Below the pieces are notes generated by a model, which had not been told where the DNA came from, searched no databases, and saw only the letters and a list, made by a program, of their open reading frames with translations. 64,000 nt of DNA from Nannocystis bainbridge (lineage in GTDB: Bacteria > Myxococcota_A > Polyangia > Nannocystales > Nannocystaceae), in contig NZ_JAQNDL010000003.1 of NCBI RefSeq assembly GCF_028368995.1, positions 608,001 through 672,000 on the forward strand. The letters run 5' to 3'. A program made the translations under genes and the position numbers. Positions 1 through 11,685 of this stretch are shown here, piece by piece. Positions within the stretch are counted from its first letter, which is position 1. Each line of letters opens with the position of its first letter.

Positions 1-1
1 A

Positions 2-793
<792 letters not shown>

Positions 794-1311
794 AGCAGAT
801 CCCGCCCCCGCATCGGCGGGAGGCGGGTCGTCCGCTCCAGTCGCAGTTCACCCGGGCGCATGGCTGGGGCCGTCGTGCGCCCCCTGATAGCGGGCCGTGA
901 AGCCCCTCGCCGCAATGATCACACATGGGCGAGCGCCCCATGAACAAAGGTACGACGGGTGGCGACGAGGTCCGGCCTGCACCCCGCCGGGCCGACCTGT
1001 TGCGGGGCATTGGCGCCCCCGAGCGCGCGCCAATGTCGTCTATCGCCCCCCGAATGATGATTGTTCGCAACTCATCATTGCGATGGGAGCGGGTCACGGA
1101 CGCCTGTCCGGCGGACAATTGACCATTCCTGCGAATCGAGCTTCTGGAGCATCACGCCAATATCGGCGGCATGCGGCTGCGCGGCGACTCTATGCATATG
1201 TAAGACACGCCCCTCCGCCGCCGCAATACCCCGCCGGCGCGGGCCGCGAAAAACCATTTCCACACCTTCACACCGCCGTGGTAGGGTGGCTGCGTGAATG
1301 GGAGGAGCGTA

Positions 1312-2520
<1,209 letters not shown>

Positions 2521-2625
2521 TCATACCTGCCCGCACGCGCACCCGGCCGTCGCCCGCGACGCGCCGGGTGTCGTCATTCGCGAATCACAGCACCCGCTCG
2601 GCGCCGGCGATCGTCGGCGCGGCGC

Positions 2626-3633
2626 TCACGACGCCCGCGCCTGGGCCCGGTAGCGCGTCGGCGTCGTGCCCGCCCAGCGCTGAAACGCGCGCGTGAACGA
2701 GTTCAGCTCCTCGAACCCGAGCAGGAACGCCACCAGGCCAGCGTCGAGCTCGGTGCGCGTCAGCAACCGCCGCGCCGCCTGCTCGCGCACCTCGTCGAGC
2801 AACTGTTGATAGTTGGTCCCGGCCGCCTCCAGGCGGCGCTGGAGCGTGCGCGGGCTGACCCGCAGGTCGCGCGCGACCTTTTCGACCGAGGGGCGCTCGC
2901 CGCACATGCAGCGGCACATCGCCAGCCGCGCCTCGTCGGCGAGCGGGCGGCGCTGCCCGTTCGCGGCGGGCTCGACTTCGAGGCCCGGCAGCAGCAGCGC
3001 CAGCAGCTCGGCCTCGTGGCGCACGAACGGCTCGGCGAGCGCGGCCGCCGGCAGCACCAGCAGATCGGTCGGCGCCTCGAACTGGACCGGGCAGCCGAAA
3101 TGCCGCACCAGCAGCGCCGCGTCGGCCCGCCGCCGCGTCAGCTCGACCCGCCGCGGCGCGATCGGCTGGCGCGTGCCGCGTCGCAACAGCGCCAGCATCG
3201 ACGCGAACGTCGCGTCGACGAGCAGCCGCGGCGGGTCGCGCTCGGCCAGCAGCCACTGGCATCGCACCCGCGCCTCGTCGTCGACGCGCGTCACCGTCAC
3301 CTCCTCGGGGCACTCGAGCTGCCTGAACCTGCCGAGCTTGGCCAGCGCGTCGCCGACGTCCGCCGCGTGCAGGGCCGCCAGCGCGGCCCTGTCGAATCGC
3401 TGCGCCAGCGCCTCGGCCCCGAGCCGCAGCCCGAGGTCGGGCGCATCGGCGAGCGCCTCGATCGCCTGCCACACCGCGAAGAACTCGGCGGTCGTGAGGC
3501 GCCCGCGCGGCGGTCCCGGCTCCGCCGACGAGACCCCGGCGCGCGCGAGGATCTGCGCGACGTCGAGGCCGAGCGCGGCCAGCCGCGCGAGCATTACCCC
3601 GGGGACGGGGACCAGGTCCGCCATCGCGCTCAT
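2626..3633 (-). CDS. AraC family transcriptional regulator
   Basis: C-terminal HTH pair VARDLRVSPRTLQRRL...LLGFEELNSFTRAFQRWAGTTP; N-terminal ligand-binding-like domain. Confidence 0.92.
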   Translation of the reverse strand: MSAMADLVPVPGVMLARLAALGLDVAQILARAGVSSAEPGPPRGRLTTAEFFAVWQAIEALADAPDLGLRLGAEALAQRFDRAALAALHAADVGDALAKLGRFRQLECPEEVTVTRVDDEARVRCQWLLAERDPPRLLVDATFASMLALLRRGTRQPIAPRRVELTRRRADAALLVRHFGCPVQFEAPTDLLVLPAAALAEPFVRHEAELLALLLPGLEVEPAANGQRRPLADEARLAMCRCMCGERPSVEKVARDLRVSPRTLQRRLEAAGTNYQQLLDEVREQAARRLLTRTELDAGLVAFLLGFEELNSFTRAFQRWAGTTPTRYRAQARAS

Positions 3634-3801
3634 CGTCGCACGGCCGGCGGCATCGCCGCCACCGCTGGCGAACCCCGGGACCGCCGCGAAATCGCTCGTC
3701 CCGCGGCGCCACCTCGCTGGCCACCGAACATCGGCCGCGAGCGACCCACATCGCCTGTCGCTGTCCTCCGGCGAGCAGCGTCCGCGGCTCGCGGAGAATC
3801 A

Positions 3802-3855
3802 CATGTCCCGATGGACATGTGCTCATGGCCATCCTCGGCTGTCCCCCAGGACAGC
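3802..3855. repeat. 14-bp-phased CATG motif cluster
   Basis: CATG/CATC at 3802, 3816, 3830; GCTG 3838 and CAGC 3852. Confidence 0.75.
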
Positions 3856-3873
3856 CAGTCTCCTGCCCGCCCG

Positions 3874-4575
3874 CTACCCCGGCGCGCACAGGTGCGCGCT
3901 CAGGACCGCCACTGGCTGGTCCCACAGCCGCTCGTAGGCCACGCTGAGCAGCTCGCGCGAGCGGCGGCCGCGGCGGTAGGCCGCGCGCAGGCGGCCGAGG
4001 TAGGCCCCGAAGCCGCGGACCCCGTCACGGCGGACCCGCAGCGCCGTCGAGAACACCAGCACCAGCGCGGCCGAGGGCACCCCGAGGTTGCCGAACACGA
4101 ACGCCTGCAGCTCCATCTCGCCGAGCTCGTCGGTGGAATAGCCGGTGATCACGTGGAACAGGTCGTGCGTCTCGCGGTAGCGCTTGCCGAGGTAGTCGAC
4201 GTCGTTTTCGACCGGGAACGAAGTCACGAACGGCTGGATGCCGTTGGCGCGGAAGTAGCGGACGAACTCGTGGCCGAGCGTGCCCTCGGGCAGGCGCGCT
4301 AGCGCGTCGAGGTCGAGCTCGCGCCCCTGCAGCGTCGGCCGATCGGCCAGCAGGCGCCGGCCCGGCTCGCTGTCGCGCCAGGCCCGGGCCAGCCCGCGGT
4401 ACACGTCGCTGTCCATGCACACGTTGAGCAGCGGCCCGTAGATCGGGTGGCCGGCGTCGTTCTTGAGCACGTTGAGCGCCCGCACCCCGAGCCGCAGCCG
4501 CGTCGCCAGCGACGCCCCCTCCGGCAGGCTCGGGATCGCGGTCGGCTCCTGCGGGCCTGGGGACGGCTGCTGCAT
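3874..4575 (-). CDS. COQ4-like protein
   Basis: LARLPEGTLGHEF and RYRETHDLFHVITGY...GEMELQAF match the COQ4 HDxxH-x11-E metal motif; start at MQQP chosen. Confidence 0.82.
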   Translation of the reverse strand: MQQPSPGPQEPTAIPSLPEGASLATRLRLGVRALNVLKNDAGHPIYGPLLNVCMDSDVYRGLARAWRDSEPGRRLLADRPTLQGRELDLDALARLPEGTLGHEFVRYFRANGIQPFVTSFPVENDVDYLGKRYRETHDLFHVITGYSTDELGEMELQAFVFGNLGVPSAALVLVFSTALRVRRDGVRGFGAYLGRLRAAYRRGRRSRELLSVAYERLWDQPVAVLSAHLCAPG

Positions 4576-4595
4576 GTTCTTCGGCGTAGCACAAG

Positions 4596-4611
4596 TGGAC
4601 AGTGGTGTCCA
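4596..4611. promoter_or_regulatory. Putative TetR operator TGGACA-gtgg-TGTCCA
   Basis: Perfect 6-4-6 palindrome in the short gap between the divergent COQ4-like and TetR genes. Confidence 0.6.
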
Positions 4612-4637
4612 TTTACGGATCGGCATACAGTCCCGCC

Positions 4638-5213
4638 GTGGCCGCCGACGCCCACGACTCGCCCCCCCGCCGCCGCGACGCCCAGGACAACCGCGAGCGC
4701 CTGGTCGCCGCCGCCCGCGAGGTGTTCGCCGAGAGCGGCTTCGAGGTCCCGCTCGACGCCATCGCCCGCCGCGCCGGCGTCGGCCGGGCCACGCTCTACC
4801 GCAACTTCCCCGACCGCTACGCCCTCGGCTCGGCGATCTTCGAGCACAACCTCGCCGCCCTCGAGGCGCTCGCCCGCGCCCACGCCCGCGACCCCGCGGC
4901 CTTCACCGCCCTGCTGTCCGCGATCATCGAGCAGCAGATCGCCAGCCACGCGCTCGTCCCCGCGCTGCTGAGCGGCCCGACCGCCCCCGACCTGCACGCG
5001 CTGCGCAGCCGCATGATCCGCCTGCTCGCCGGCCCCCTGCGGCGGGCCCAGGCCGCCGGCGCGATCCGCCCCGACCTGGTCTCCGCCGACGTCCTGGCCG
5101 TGATCGCCATGATCTCGGCCGCGGTCCTCCACGCCCCCTCGGTCGCCGCCCGCCGCCGCCGCGCCGCCCGGGCCCTCCAGCTCATGCTCGACGGCCTGGT
5201 CCCGCGCACCTGA
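4638..5213 (+). CDS. TetR/AcrR family regulator
   Basis: RRRDAQDNRERLVAAAREVF...DAIARRAGVGRATLYRNFP HTH; start uncertain (4602 or 4638). Confidence 0.92.
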   Translation: MAADAHDSPPRRRDAQDNRERLVAAAREVFAESGFEVPLDAIARRAGVGRATLYRNFPDRYALGSAIFEHNLAALEALARAHARDPAAFTALLSAIIEQQIASHALVPALLSGPTAPDLHALRSRMIRLLAGPLRRAQAAGAIRPDLVSADVLAVIAMISAAVLHAPSVAARRRRAARALQLMLDGLVPRT

Positions 5214-5239
5214 ATGCGCGGGCCGTGGGTCCCGATCGA

Positions 5240-5367
5240 CATGTCTGCCAGGACATGTCCCCGTGGACAGTCATCCACACGCGCTCGCTCCGAAGAACGG
5301 GCCCGACCGCCTTGACGCATCGCCTGGCGTAACATGCATGTCCTTTAAGACATGTCCTCATGACATC
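5240..5367. repeat. 14-bp-phased CATG motif clusters between convergent TetR genes
   Basis: Cores at 5240, 5254, 5268 and at 5323, 5337, 5351. Confidence 0.75.
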
Positions 5368-5463
5368 GCTCCGAGTCAAATTCGAGCAGGTCTCACTTGA
5401 ATCGAGCCCGCCTTCGCCTCGTTGCCCTCGGCTCGCATCGAGTCTCACGAAGACAAACAGCTG

Positions 5464-6273
5464 TCAGCGCGCCCGCCGGGGCGGCGCCGCCAGCCAGCGC
5501 GCCAGCTCCTCCGCCGCCGCCGCGAACTCGAACGCCTTGGCGTTGACCCCGAGCTGGGTCATCGCCCCCATCACGAACGACGTCACCACTCGCGCCCCCG
5601 CGGCGGGATCGAGGTCGGCGCGCAGCTCCCCGCGGGCCACCCCTTCGCGCAGCAGCTCCTCGACCATCCCGGCCCAGAACTCGTGGAGCGCGCGAAAGGC
5701 CGCCCGCGCCGACCGATCGCGCTGGCCTCGCAGCACCAGTTCCTGGAGCACTCGTCCGAGCTCGCGGTCCTCGCGGAACGACGCGCCCGCGCTCGCCAGG
5801 TGGGCCGCCAACCCCTCGCCGCCGCCGTGGCGGGCGCTCGCCGTCACGAACTTGTCGCGTACGTGGGCGATCACCGCCACTACCAGCGCCTCTTTGCTGC
5901 CGAAGTGGTAGTGCAGCGTCGAGATGTTGACCCCCGCGCGAGCCGCCACCTCGCGCGTGCGCAGGCCCTCGAGCCCGCGCTCGGCGATCGTCGCATAGGC
6001 GGCCTCGAGCAGCGCCGCTCGCCGCTCGTCCGCCCCCGGCCGCGCCCGCTCCGGCTTCGCCTTCCGCGCGCTCGCGCGAACCCCCGCGGCCTCCACCTCG
6101 ACCGCCGAACGGCGCGGCGACTTCTCAGCCCGCCGCGGCGCTGGCCCCGTCCCGGCCCGCCGCGAAGCCCTCCCCGAGGTCCCCGCCGCCGGATCGTCCG
6201 CCCCCGGCTCACGCCGCTTCGTCCCGCGCCTCGCCGTCGGCTCCCGCGCCTCCTCCTGGCCCTTCTTCGCCAT
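5464..6273 (-). CDS. TetR/AcrR family regulator with basic N-terminal extension
   Basis: REVAARAGVNISTLHYHFGSKEAL HTH; C-terminal RGELRADLD. Confidence 0.9.
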   Translation of the reverse strand: MAKKGQEEAREPTARRGTKRREPGADDPAAGTSGRASRRAGTGPAPRRAEKSPRRSAVEVEAAGVRASARKAKPERARPGADERRAALLEAAYATIAERGLEGLRTREVAARAGVNISTLHYHFGSKEALVVAVIAHVRDKFVTASARHGGGEGLAAHLASAGASFREDRELGRVLQELVLRGQRDRSARAAFRALHEFWAGMVEELLREGVARGELRADLDPAAGARVVTSFVMGAMTQLGVNAKAFEFAAAAEELARWLAAPPRRAR

Positions 6274-6358
6274 CTCGCCGGGCGACGGTAGGCGCGGGCG
6301 CGCCCCCGGTCAAGCGCCTTGACCCGCCCGTCCGCCCGGCGTAGACGTCCAACCACAT

Positions 6359-6380
6359 GATTCAATCATTTGATTGAATC
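6359..6380. promoter_or_regulatory. Putative TetR operator GATTCAATCA-tt-TGATTGAATC
   Basis: Perfect AT-rich 10-2-10 palindrome between the divergent TetR and VOC genes, just upstream of GGAGGA. Confidence 0.75.
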
Positions 6381-6393
6381 CATCGGAGGACCC

Positions 6394-6972
6394 ATGTTGA
6401 AAGCCCTGCGCAACCGAACGATCGCCGCCGCCTTCGCCGCCTGGACCACCGCCGTGCGCGCCCGCCGGGTGCTCACGAGCCTCTTGCGCCCGCGCCTGCG
6501 CCTGCTCGATCACGTCACGATCCCCGTCGACGACCTCGCCGTCGCCCGCCGCTTCTACTGCGACGTGCTCGGCGGCGCCTTCCTGCTCGAGATCGATGCC
6601 GCCGCGCTGGCCCGGTTCGGCCGCCCGCCCGCGCCCGACGGCGGTGACGGCACCTTCCACGTCTCGGTCTACCTCGGCGGCGCCACCCGCATCGACCTGT
6701 TCCTCCAGCGCGACGGCCAGCCCGCCCCGCTGCGCGGCCACCCGCACTACGCCTTCCGCGTGACCCCGCGCGACCTGCTGCGCTTTCAGGACCGCCTCCG
6801 CGCCCACGGCGTCCCGACCGAGGGCCCGCTGCAGCTCGGCTTCCCCGGCCAGGCCTCGCTCTACTTCAACGACCCCGCCGGCAACCTGCTCGAGCTGACC
6901 TGCACCGGCTTCCCGCGGGCGATCCCCGTGCGTCCGCCCGACCTCACCGGCCTCGCCTGGACCCCCGCGTGA
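6394..6972 (+). CDS. VOC/glyoxalase family protein
   Basis: LDHVTIPVDDLAVARRFYCDVLG, HYAF and LYFNDPAGNLLEL motifs; GGAGGA RBS at 6385. Confidence 0.88.
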   Translation: MLKALRNRTIAAAFAAWTTAVRARRVLTSLLRPRLRLLDHVTIPVDDLAVARRFYCDVLGGAFLLEIDAAALARFGRPPAPDGGDGTFHVSVYLGGATRIDLFLQRDGQPAPLRGHPHYAFRVTPRDLLRFQDRLRAHGVPTEGPLQLGFPGQASLYFNDPAGNLLELTCTGFPRAIPVRPPDLTGLAWTPA

Positions 6973-7000
6973 GCCGCCGCAGAGTCATCTATCCCTCGGT

Positions 7001-7055
7001 ACATGTCCTCTCGAACATGCCCATCGAGACATGCTCTTCAGAGCATGTCCCGAAC
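7001..7055. repeat. 14-bp-phased CATG array (4 cores)
   Basis: CATG at 7002, 7016, 7030, 7044 between convergent genes. Confidence 0.85.
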
Positions 7056-8906
7056 TTATTTCTTGAGCCCGCGGTACTTGAAGCCGATCGTCAGCTCCTC
7101 GTCGAGCGCCAGCAACTTCTCGAAGTGGACCTCGCGGCCCTGCAGCGGCAGGCTGACCGGCACCGGCATCGCCCCGTCGCCGAGCGACCCGCCCGGGGCC
7201 GCCTGCTCCCGCGCGTTCTCCATCACCTGCGGCGTCGCCGTCTGCACGTAGTTCATGTCCTCGGCCGGGATCGGGTTCGAGAGGTAGCGGACCTTGCGGA
7301 GGTTGCCGTCGATCGACAGGCGCTTGATCTTGGCGTCGTCGGGCGCGTACACGGTCCAGGCCACGTACGTGCTCGGCGCGTCGGCCCGCGGCAGCGTCGC
7401 CGCGAATTGCCCGCGGCCGTTGCCAGCCGGCGGCGCCCCGTTCTCGACGTACACGATCTCGACCTCGAACGCCGCCAGCTCGCCGCCCGCCGCCTGCGAG
7501 CGAACCAGCGGGATCATCACCCGCTTGTCGGCCGCCAGGGCCGGCTGGACCGCGCGCCCGCCGACCGACGCGCTCCACAGCTCGCCGCCCTTCGGCAGGG
7601 CCAGGCGCAGGAATTGGCGCCGGTTGTTGCGGATCCGGTACTTCACCGAAGTAAGGCGCCGACCCTCGCGGGTCCACATCGTGCGCGCGCGCGTCTCGTC
7701 GAGCAGCGTCACCAGCACGTCGGCGTCGACGTGCTGCCACGCGCTCAGCGGGATGCTGACATCGGTGCCGAGGTACTTGTAGCCGAGCAGCACCGGCTGC
7801 CCGGTGATGCCGAGGATCGCCGCCGGCAGCGCGCGCACGTCGACCGGCGTCGCGCCCTTGACGTCGCCGGCGTCGACCTCGAGGTTGCCGCGCGACTCGA
7901 CCCCGACGAACCCGCGCGTGCGCTCGACCCCGACCGGCACCGGCACCGGCGCGGCGATGTCCTTGATGTCGCCGCGCACCACCTTCTCCATCTCGATGCG
8001 CAGCGCGTAGGCCCCCTTGGCCGCGTAGTTGAGCTGGACCGCGAGGTTGCCCTCGCCGTCGACCTTCCACTCGCGCACGCCGGCGCCGACCACGTCGAGC
8101 ACCGTCATGTCCTTGGGCACCTTGAGCGCCAGCTTGTCGACGCCGGTGAAAAGGATCGTGTACTGCGCGGTGGTGGTCGCGCGCATGAGCCCCTCGCCGA
8201 GGCTGACCAGCGTGTAGACCTCGCTCAGCACCCGGCTGGCCTGCTGCGCCGCCTTCGGCAACTCGCGCTGCCACTTGACCTCGAGCGCCCCCGTCGACGG
8301 CAGCACCGCCTCGACCACCCGCTTGTCGCCGACCACCTTGTCCGACTGCAGCTTGGCGCCCGCGACCGTGAAGTCGAGGTCCTCGCGGGCCGGCACCGAC
8401 AGCACCGCCGAAGTCGCGCCGGCCGGCGACAGCTGGAACGACACCGCCGACGAGCCCTCCGCCGTGGTCACCGCCGCCGCGAACGTCACGTCGAGGTTGA
8501 GCGCCCCGCGCTGCTGCGTCACGAGCACGTAGTGCCCGTCCTCGATGACCACCGCCGCCTCGGCGTTGCCGATCTTCGCCGACTCGAGCGCCACCGTCGC
8601 CGGCAAGAACGGCACCTTGACGAAGCCCTTGGCCCGCAGCACCTCGACCCTGAACCTGGCCTTGAAGACAGCCGCGTACGGCTCGCCGTCCTTGACCTGG
8701 ACCTCGCCCTCGTAGCGGGCCGACGACAGCGCGTAGTCGAGCGGCGCCGTCGTCTCCTCCGCCCGGGTCTTCTCGTACAGCTTGAGGAACTCGTCGAGCT
8801 TCATCACCACCCGCTCTGGGTCGTCGGGCGCGGCCGCGGCGGTGACGGGCGACAGGGACAACAAGGTGACGAGGGCGATCGCTGGGCTGCGCATGACTGG
8901 GTTCAT
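7056..8906 (-). CDS. Uncharacterised secreted protein (616 aa)
   Basis: Signal peptide; beta-rich; strong GC3 bias; paralogous to the upstream 905-aa ORF. Confidence 0.8.
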   Translation of the reverse strand: MNPVMRSPAIALVTLLSLSPVTAAAAPDDPERVVMKLDEFLKLYEKTRAEETTAPLDYALSSARYEGEVQVKDGEPYAAVFKARFRVEVLRAKGFVKVPFLPATVALESAKIGNAEAAVVIEDGHYVLVTQQRGALNLDVTFAAAVTTAEGSSAVSFQLSPAGATSAVLSVPAREDLDFTVAGAKLQSDKVVGDKRVVEAVLPSTGALEVKWQRELPKAAQQASRVLSEVYTLVSLGEGLMRATTTAQYTILFTGVDKLALKVPKDMTVLDVVGAGVREWKVDGEGNLAVQLNYAAKGAYALRIEMEKVVRGDIKDIAAPVPVPVGVERTRGFVGVESRGNLEVDAGDVKGATPVDVRALPAAILGITGQPVLLGYKYLGTDVSIPLSAWQHVDADVLVTLLDETRARTMWTREGRRLTSVKYRIRNNRRQFLRLALPKGGELWSASVGGRAVQPALAADKRVMIPLVRSQAAGGELAAFEVEIVYVENGAPPAGNGRGQFAATLPRADAPSTYVAWTVYAPDDAKIKRLSIDGNLRKVRYLSNPIPAEDMNYVQTATPQVMENAREQAAPGGSLGDGAMPVPVSLPLQGREVHFEKLLALDEELTIGFKYRGLKK

Positions 8907-11620
8907 TCCTTGGCGATGAGCGGCTCCTTCGCCGAGATCTCGACCGCGTACGCGGCCCCGGCGGGGAGCAGGAGTCTTTGATAACGGACGGCCTCGCCGA
9001 CCGCGGGCACGACCACCGACAGCGCCGAGGCGTGGACCGTCGGCGTCGGCATGCCGGCCAGGTTGGGGCTGTCCTTCGCGCCAGGTGGCTCACGCCGCTC
9101 GCGCTCGGCCTTGAACTTGGTGTCGAGCGAATCGCGGCTCCGCACGGACCCACGACGGCTGCGCAGACCGGCCCGCCGCTGGACCACCACGACCTCGGCG
9201 GCGGTGCGTACGACGGGCATCGCAGAATCCACTGCGACCCCCGGCGCGGCCTTCAGCGGCACCACATCGACCACGGCCGTGAAGTCGCGCGCCCTCGGGG
9301 CGACCGGCGCGGGCGTGGTCGCCGACGGCGGCTCGACGCCGCCTGCGAGCTCGCCGCCCGCGACCTCCGCTTCATCGGTCGGCGCCGGCTCGGCGTTCAC
9401 CGCGACCTCGGGCGGCTTCTCGACCGCGTCGGCCGGCACCTTCGCCGCGTCCCGCACCGCGACCTCGCGCGGCGCCTCGACCTCGTCCGCGGCGGCCTTC
9501 GCATCACCGCCGTCGGGCCGCACCAGCGCCCCCGCGACGTCGTCGCTCTCGAAGTCGTAGACCGAGCTGCCCGCCGACTTCGCCATCTTCCCGGGCTTCT
9601 TGGCCCGCCGGCCGGCCCGCACCGCCGACGATTTGCTCTGGACCTGCTGGTACTCCTTCGCCAGCGCCGCATTGGTCCATTTCTGATCGACCGACTCGCT
9701 CTGCTCGAGCTGCGCCAGCTTGTCGCCGACCGCCAGCGCCTGCTGATAGCTCGACGCCGACGCCGCGTAGTCACCCCGCGCGCGCTCCTCCTCGGCCTGC
9801 TGCTTCAGCGCGACCTGGGCCTGCACGTCCGCGTACGCGCGCGCCTTGGCCTGCTCGCGCACGCGACGCTGAAGCGACATGTCCTGAGAGACAGATGATT
9901 TCCCCGCCACGACATCGAGGTTGCTCTGCAGGCGGGCGATGTTCTCGTTCTTGGCCCCCATCCCGCGCAGCGCGTCGAGCTTGTCCTGGGCCGCCCCGAA
10001 GTCGTTGCGCATCCACGCCTGGACCGCGTCCTGGAACACCATGTCGGCCTGGGCCGCCCCGACCTCGCCGACCCCGAGCCCGTAGGTGATGCCCTCGCCG
10101 CGGGTGAACGCCGCCACCACGTCGCCGTCGCCCGCGTGCTTGCGCGAGCGGTACCCGGGCGGCAGGTGCAGCGTCAGCCGCGACACCGCGACCGGGGCGT
10201 CGAGCGTCGGCAGCTGCAGCGCCCTCGTCTCGCGCCGGCGCCACGCGCCCGACTCCCCGAGCAAGATCACCTCGACCGGGAACGACAGCAGCCCCGTCAC
10301 CGTCTCGACCGAGCGCAGCAGCGGCACGATCCAGCTGCCGTCCCTGGCCCGGGCCGGCGCCGCCGTCTGCCCGCCGACGCGCACCCCGATCACCTTGAAG
10401 CCCGCTGGCGGCGTCACCCGCAGGTGCGCCGCGCGCTCGTTGCGGACCTCGTAGTGGGCCCGCACCAGCGCCCGCCCCTCGCGGCTGGTGGCGATCGTGT
10501 ACGCCGCGACGTCGACGACCACCGGCGGCCCCTCGAGCGGCACGAACCGCAGCAGGCTCAGGCTGCCCGCCGCCGCGCTGCCCTGCTGCACCAGCGCGGT
10601 CGTGGCTGTCCCTTCGACCAGGCCCTGCGCCCACGCCGGCAGCGTCGACGCGGCCACGTAGCTCCAGCCCGGCGCCTCGGGCACCGCCTCGACCTCGCCG
10701 TCGCGCGCCAGCTGCAGCGCGACCTCGCTGTGGAACACCCCGACCGGCGCGACCCTCGGCAGGTTCACCCGCGACTCGGCGGCCTTGCCGATCGGCGCCG
10801 ACCAGCGCAGCTCGAGCTCGACGCGGTCGCGCACCGGCGCCTGCAGCTCGACGCGCACGCGGTCGCCCTCGCGCACGAACCCGCGGACGTTGACGCCGAC
10901 CACCTCGAGATCGCCGCCGAGCCCCGCCGTCTCGAGCTCGAGCTTCGCCACCTCGCCCCGCCGCACCTCCCACACCGCGCGGGCCCGGCCGCGCAGCTCG
11001 GCGTCGCCGACCGTCACGCCGATCCCCACCTTCGCCACCACCATCGGCGGGCGATCGGCCGCCGGCGCCGGCGGGGTCACGAACGCCAGCGCGATCGCTC
11101 GCGCCCCGCTCCACTGCTTCTCGCCCACCGTCAGCGCCGCCGCCCCGTCGACCCGCAGCCCCGGCGTCAGCCCGGCCGGCGCGCTCGCCACGATCGTCCC
11201 GCGCACCGCCGGCAGCAGCTCGAGCGCCACCGCCTCGCGCGTCGGATCGCCGGGCACGAACGCCTCGACCACCAGCTCCACGCTGCCCGCGACCCGCCCG
11301 GCCACGATCGTCGCGCCCTCGGCGTCGACCTTGAGCGTCGCCGGGGCCGCGCCCCAGCGCGCCGACACCACCCGCAAGCCCGGCGAGCCGGCGAACAACA
11401 GGCCGCTGAACCAACCTGCCCCGAAGGACCGGATCGTCCAGCGCCCGCGCAGCTGCAGCCCGCCGTCGACTGGCCGAAAGGACAGCTCGCGCCGTTCGAC
11501 CCAGGGCGTCGGCGCAGCGACCTCGAGCGGCGGCCCTGTCAGTGCACGATGGCGCTCGCCGGCGATCTCCGCCGTCCCCGAGGTCGGGGCCACCAGGGCG
11601 AGCACGAGCGCGAGCAACAC
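8903..11620 (-). CDS. Uncharacterised secreted protein (905 aa) with helical/TPR-like and low-complexity insert
   Basis: Signal-like N-terminus; shares the REGR..Y..RN.R...GG...P...IPL.RS block with the downstream ORF; 4-bp overlap. Confidence 0.78.
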   Translation of the reverse strand: MLLALVLALVAPTSGTAEIAGERHRALTGPPLEVAAPTPWVERRELSFRPVDGGLQLRGRWTIRSFGAGWFSGLLFAGSPGLRVVSARWGAAPATLKVDAEGATIVAGRVAGSVELVVEAFVPGDPTREAVALELLPAVRGTIVASAPAGLTPGLRVDGAAALTVGEKQWSGARAIALAFVTPPAPAADRPPMVVAKVGIGVTVGDAELRGRARAVWEVRRGEVAKLELETAGLGGDLEVVGVNVRGFVREGDRVRVELQAPVRDRVELELRWSAPIGKAAESRVNLPRVAPVGVFHSEVALQLARDGEVEAVPEAPGWSYVAASTLPAWAQGLVEGTATTALVQQGSAAAGSLSLLRFVPLEGPPVVVDVAAYTIATSREGRALVRAHYEVRNERAAHLRVTPPAGFKVIGVRVGGQTAAPARARDGSWIVPLLRSVETVTGLLSFPVEVILLGESGAWRRRETRALQLPTLDAPVAVSRLTLHLPPGYRSRKHAGDGDVVAAFTRGEGITYGLGVGEVGAAQADMVFQDAVQAWMRNDFGAAQDKLDALRGMGAKNENIARLQSNLDVVAGKSSVSQDMSLQRRVREQAKARAYADVQAQVALKQQAEEERARGDYAASASSYQQALAVGDKLAQLEQSESVDQKWTNAALAKEYQQVQSKSSAVRAGRRAKKPGKMAKSAGSSVYDFESDDVAGALVRPDGGDAKAAADEVEAPREVAVRDAAKVPADAVEKPPEVAVNAEPAPTDEAEVAGGELAGGVEPPSATTPAPVAPRARDFTAVVDVVPLKAAPGVAVDSAMPVVRTAAEVVVVQRRAGLRSRRGSVRSRDSLDTKFKAERERREPPGAKDSPNLAGMPTPTVHASALSVVVPAVGEAVRYQRLLLPAGAAYAVEISAKEPLIAKE

Positions 11621-11685
11621 GACGCGGCGACGCTACCCGCGTGCCCGCACCCCGGCAACCGGCTGAACATCGGACGTCGCGGCGA

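Noticed and set aside
848-1297. Small ORFs in the region upstream of the ADYC gene
   Set aside because: No codon bias, RBS or recognisable motif
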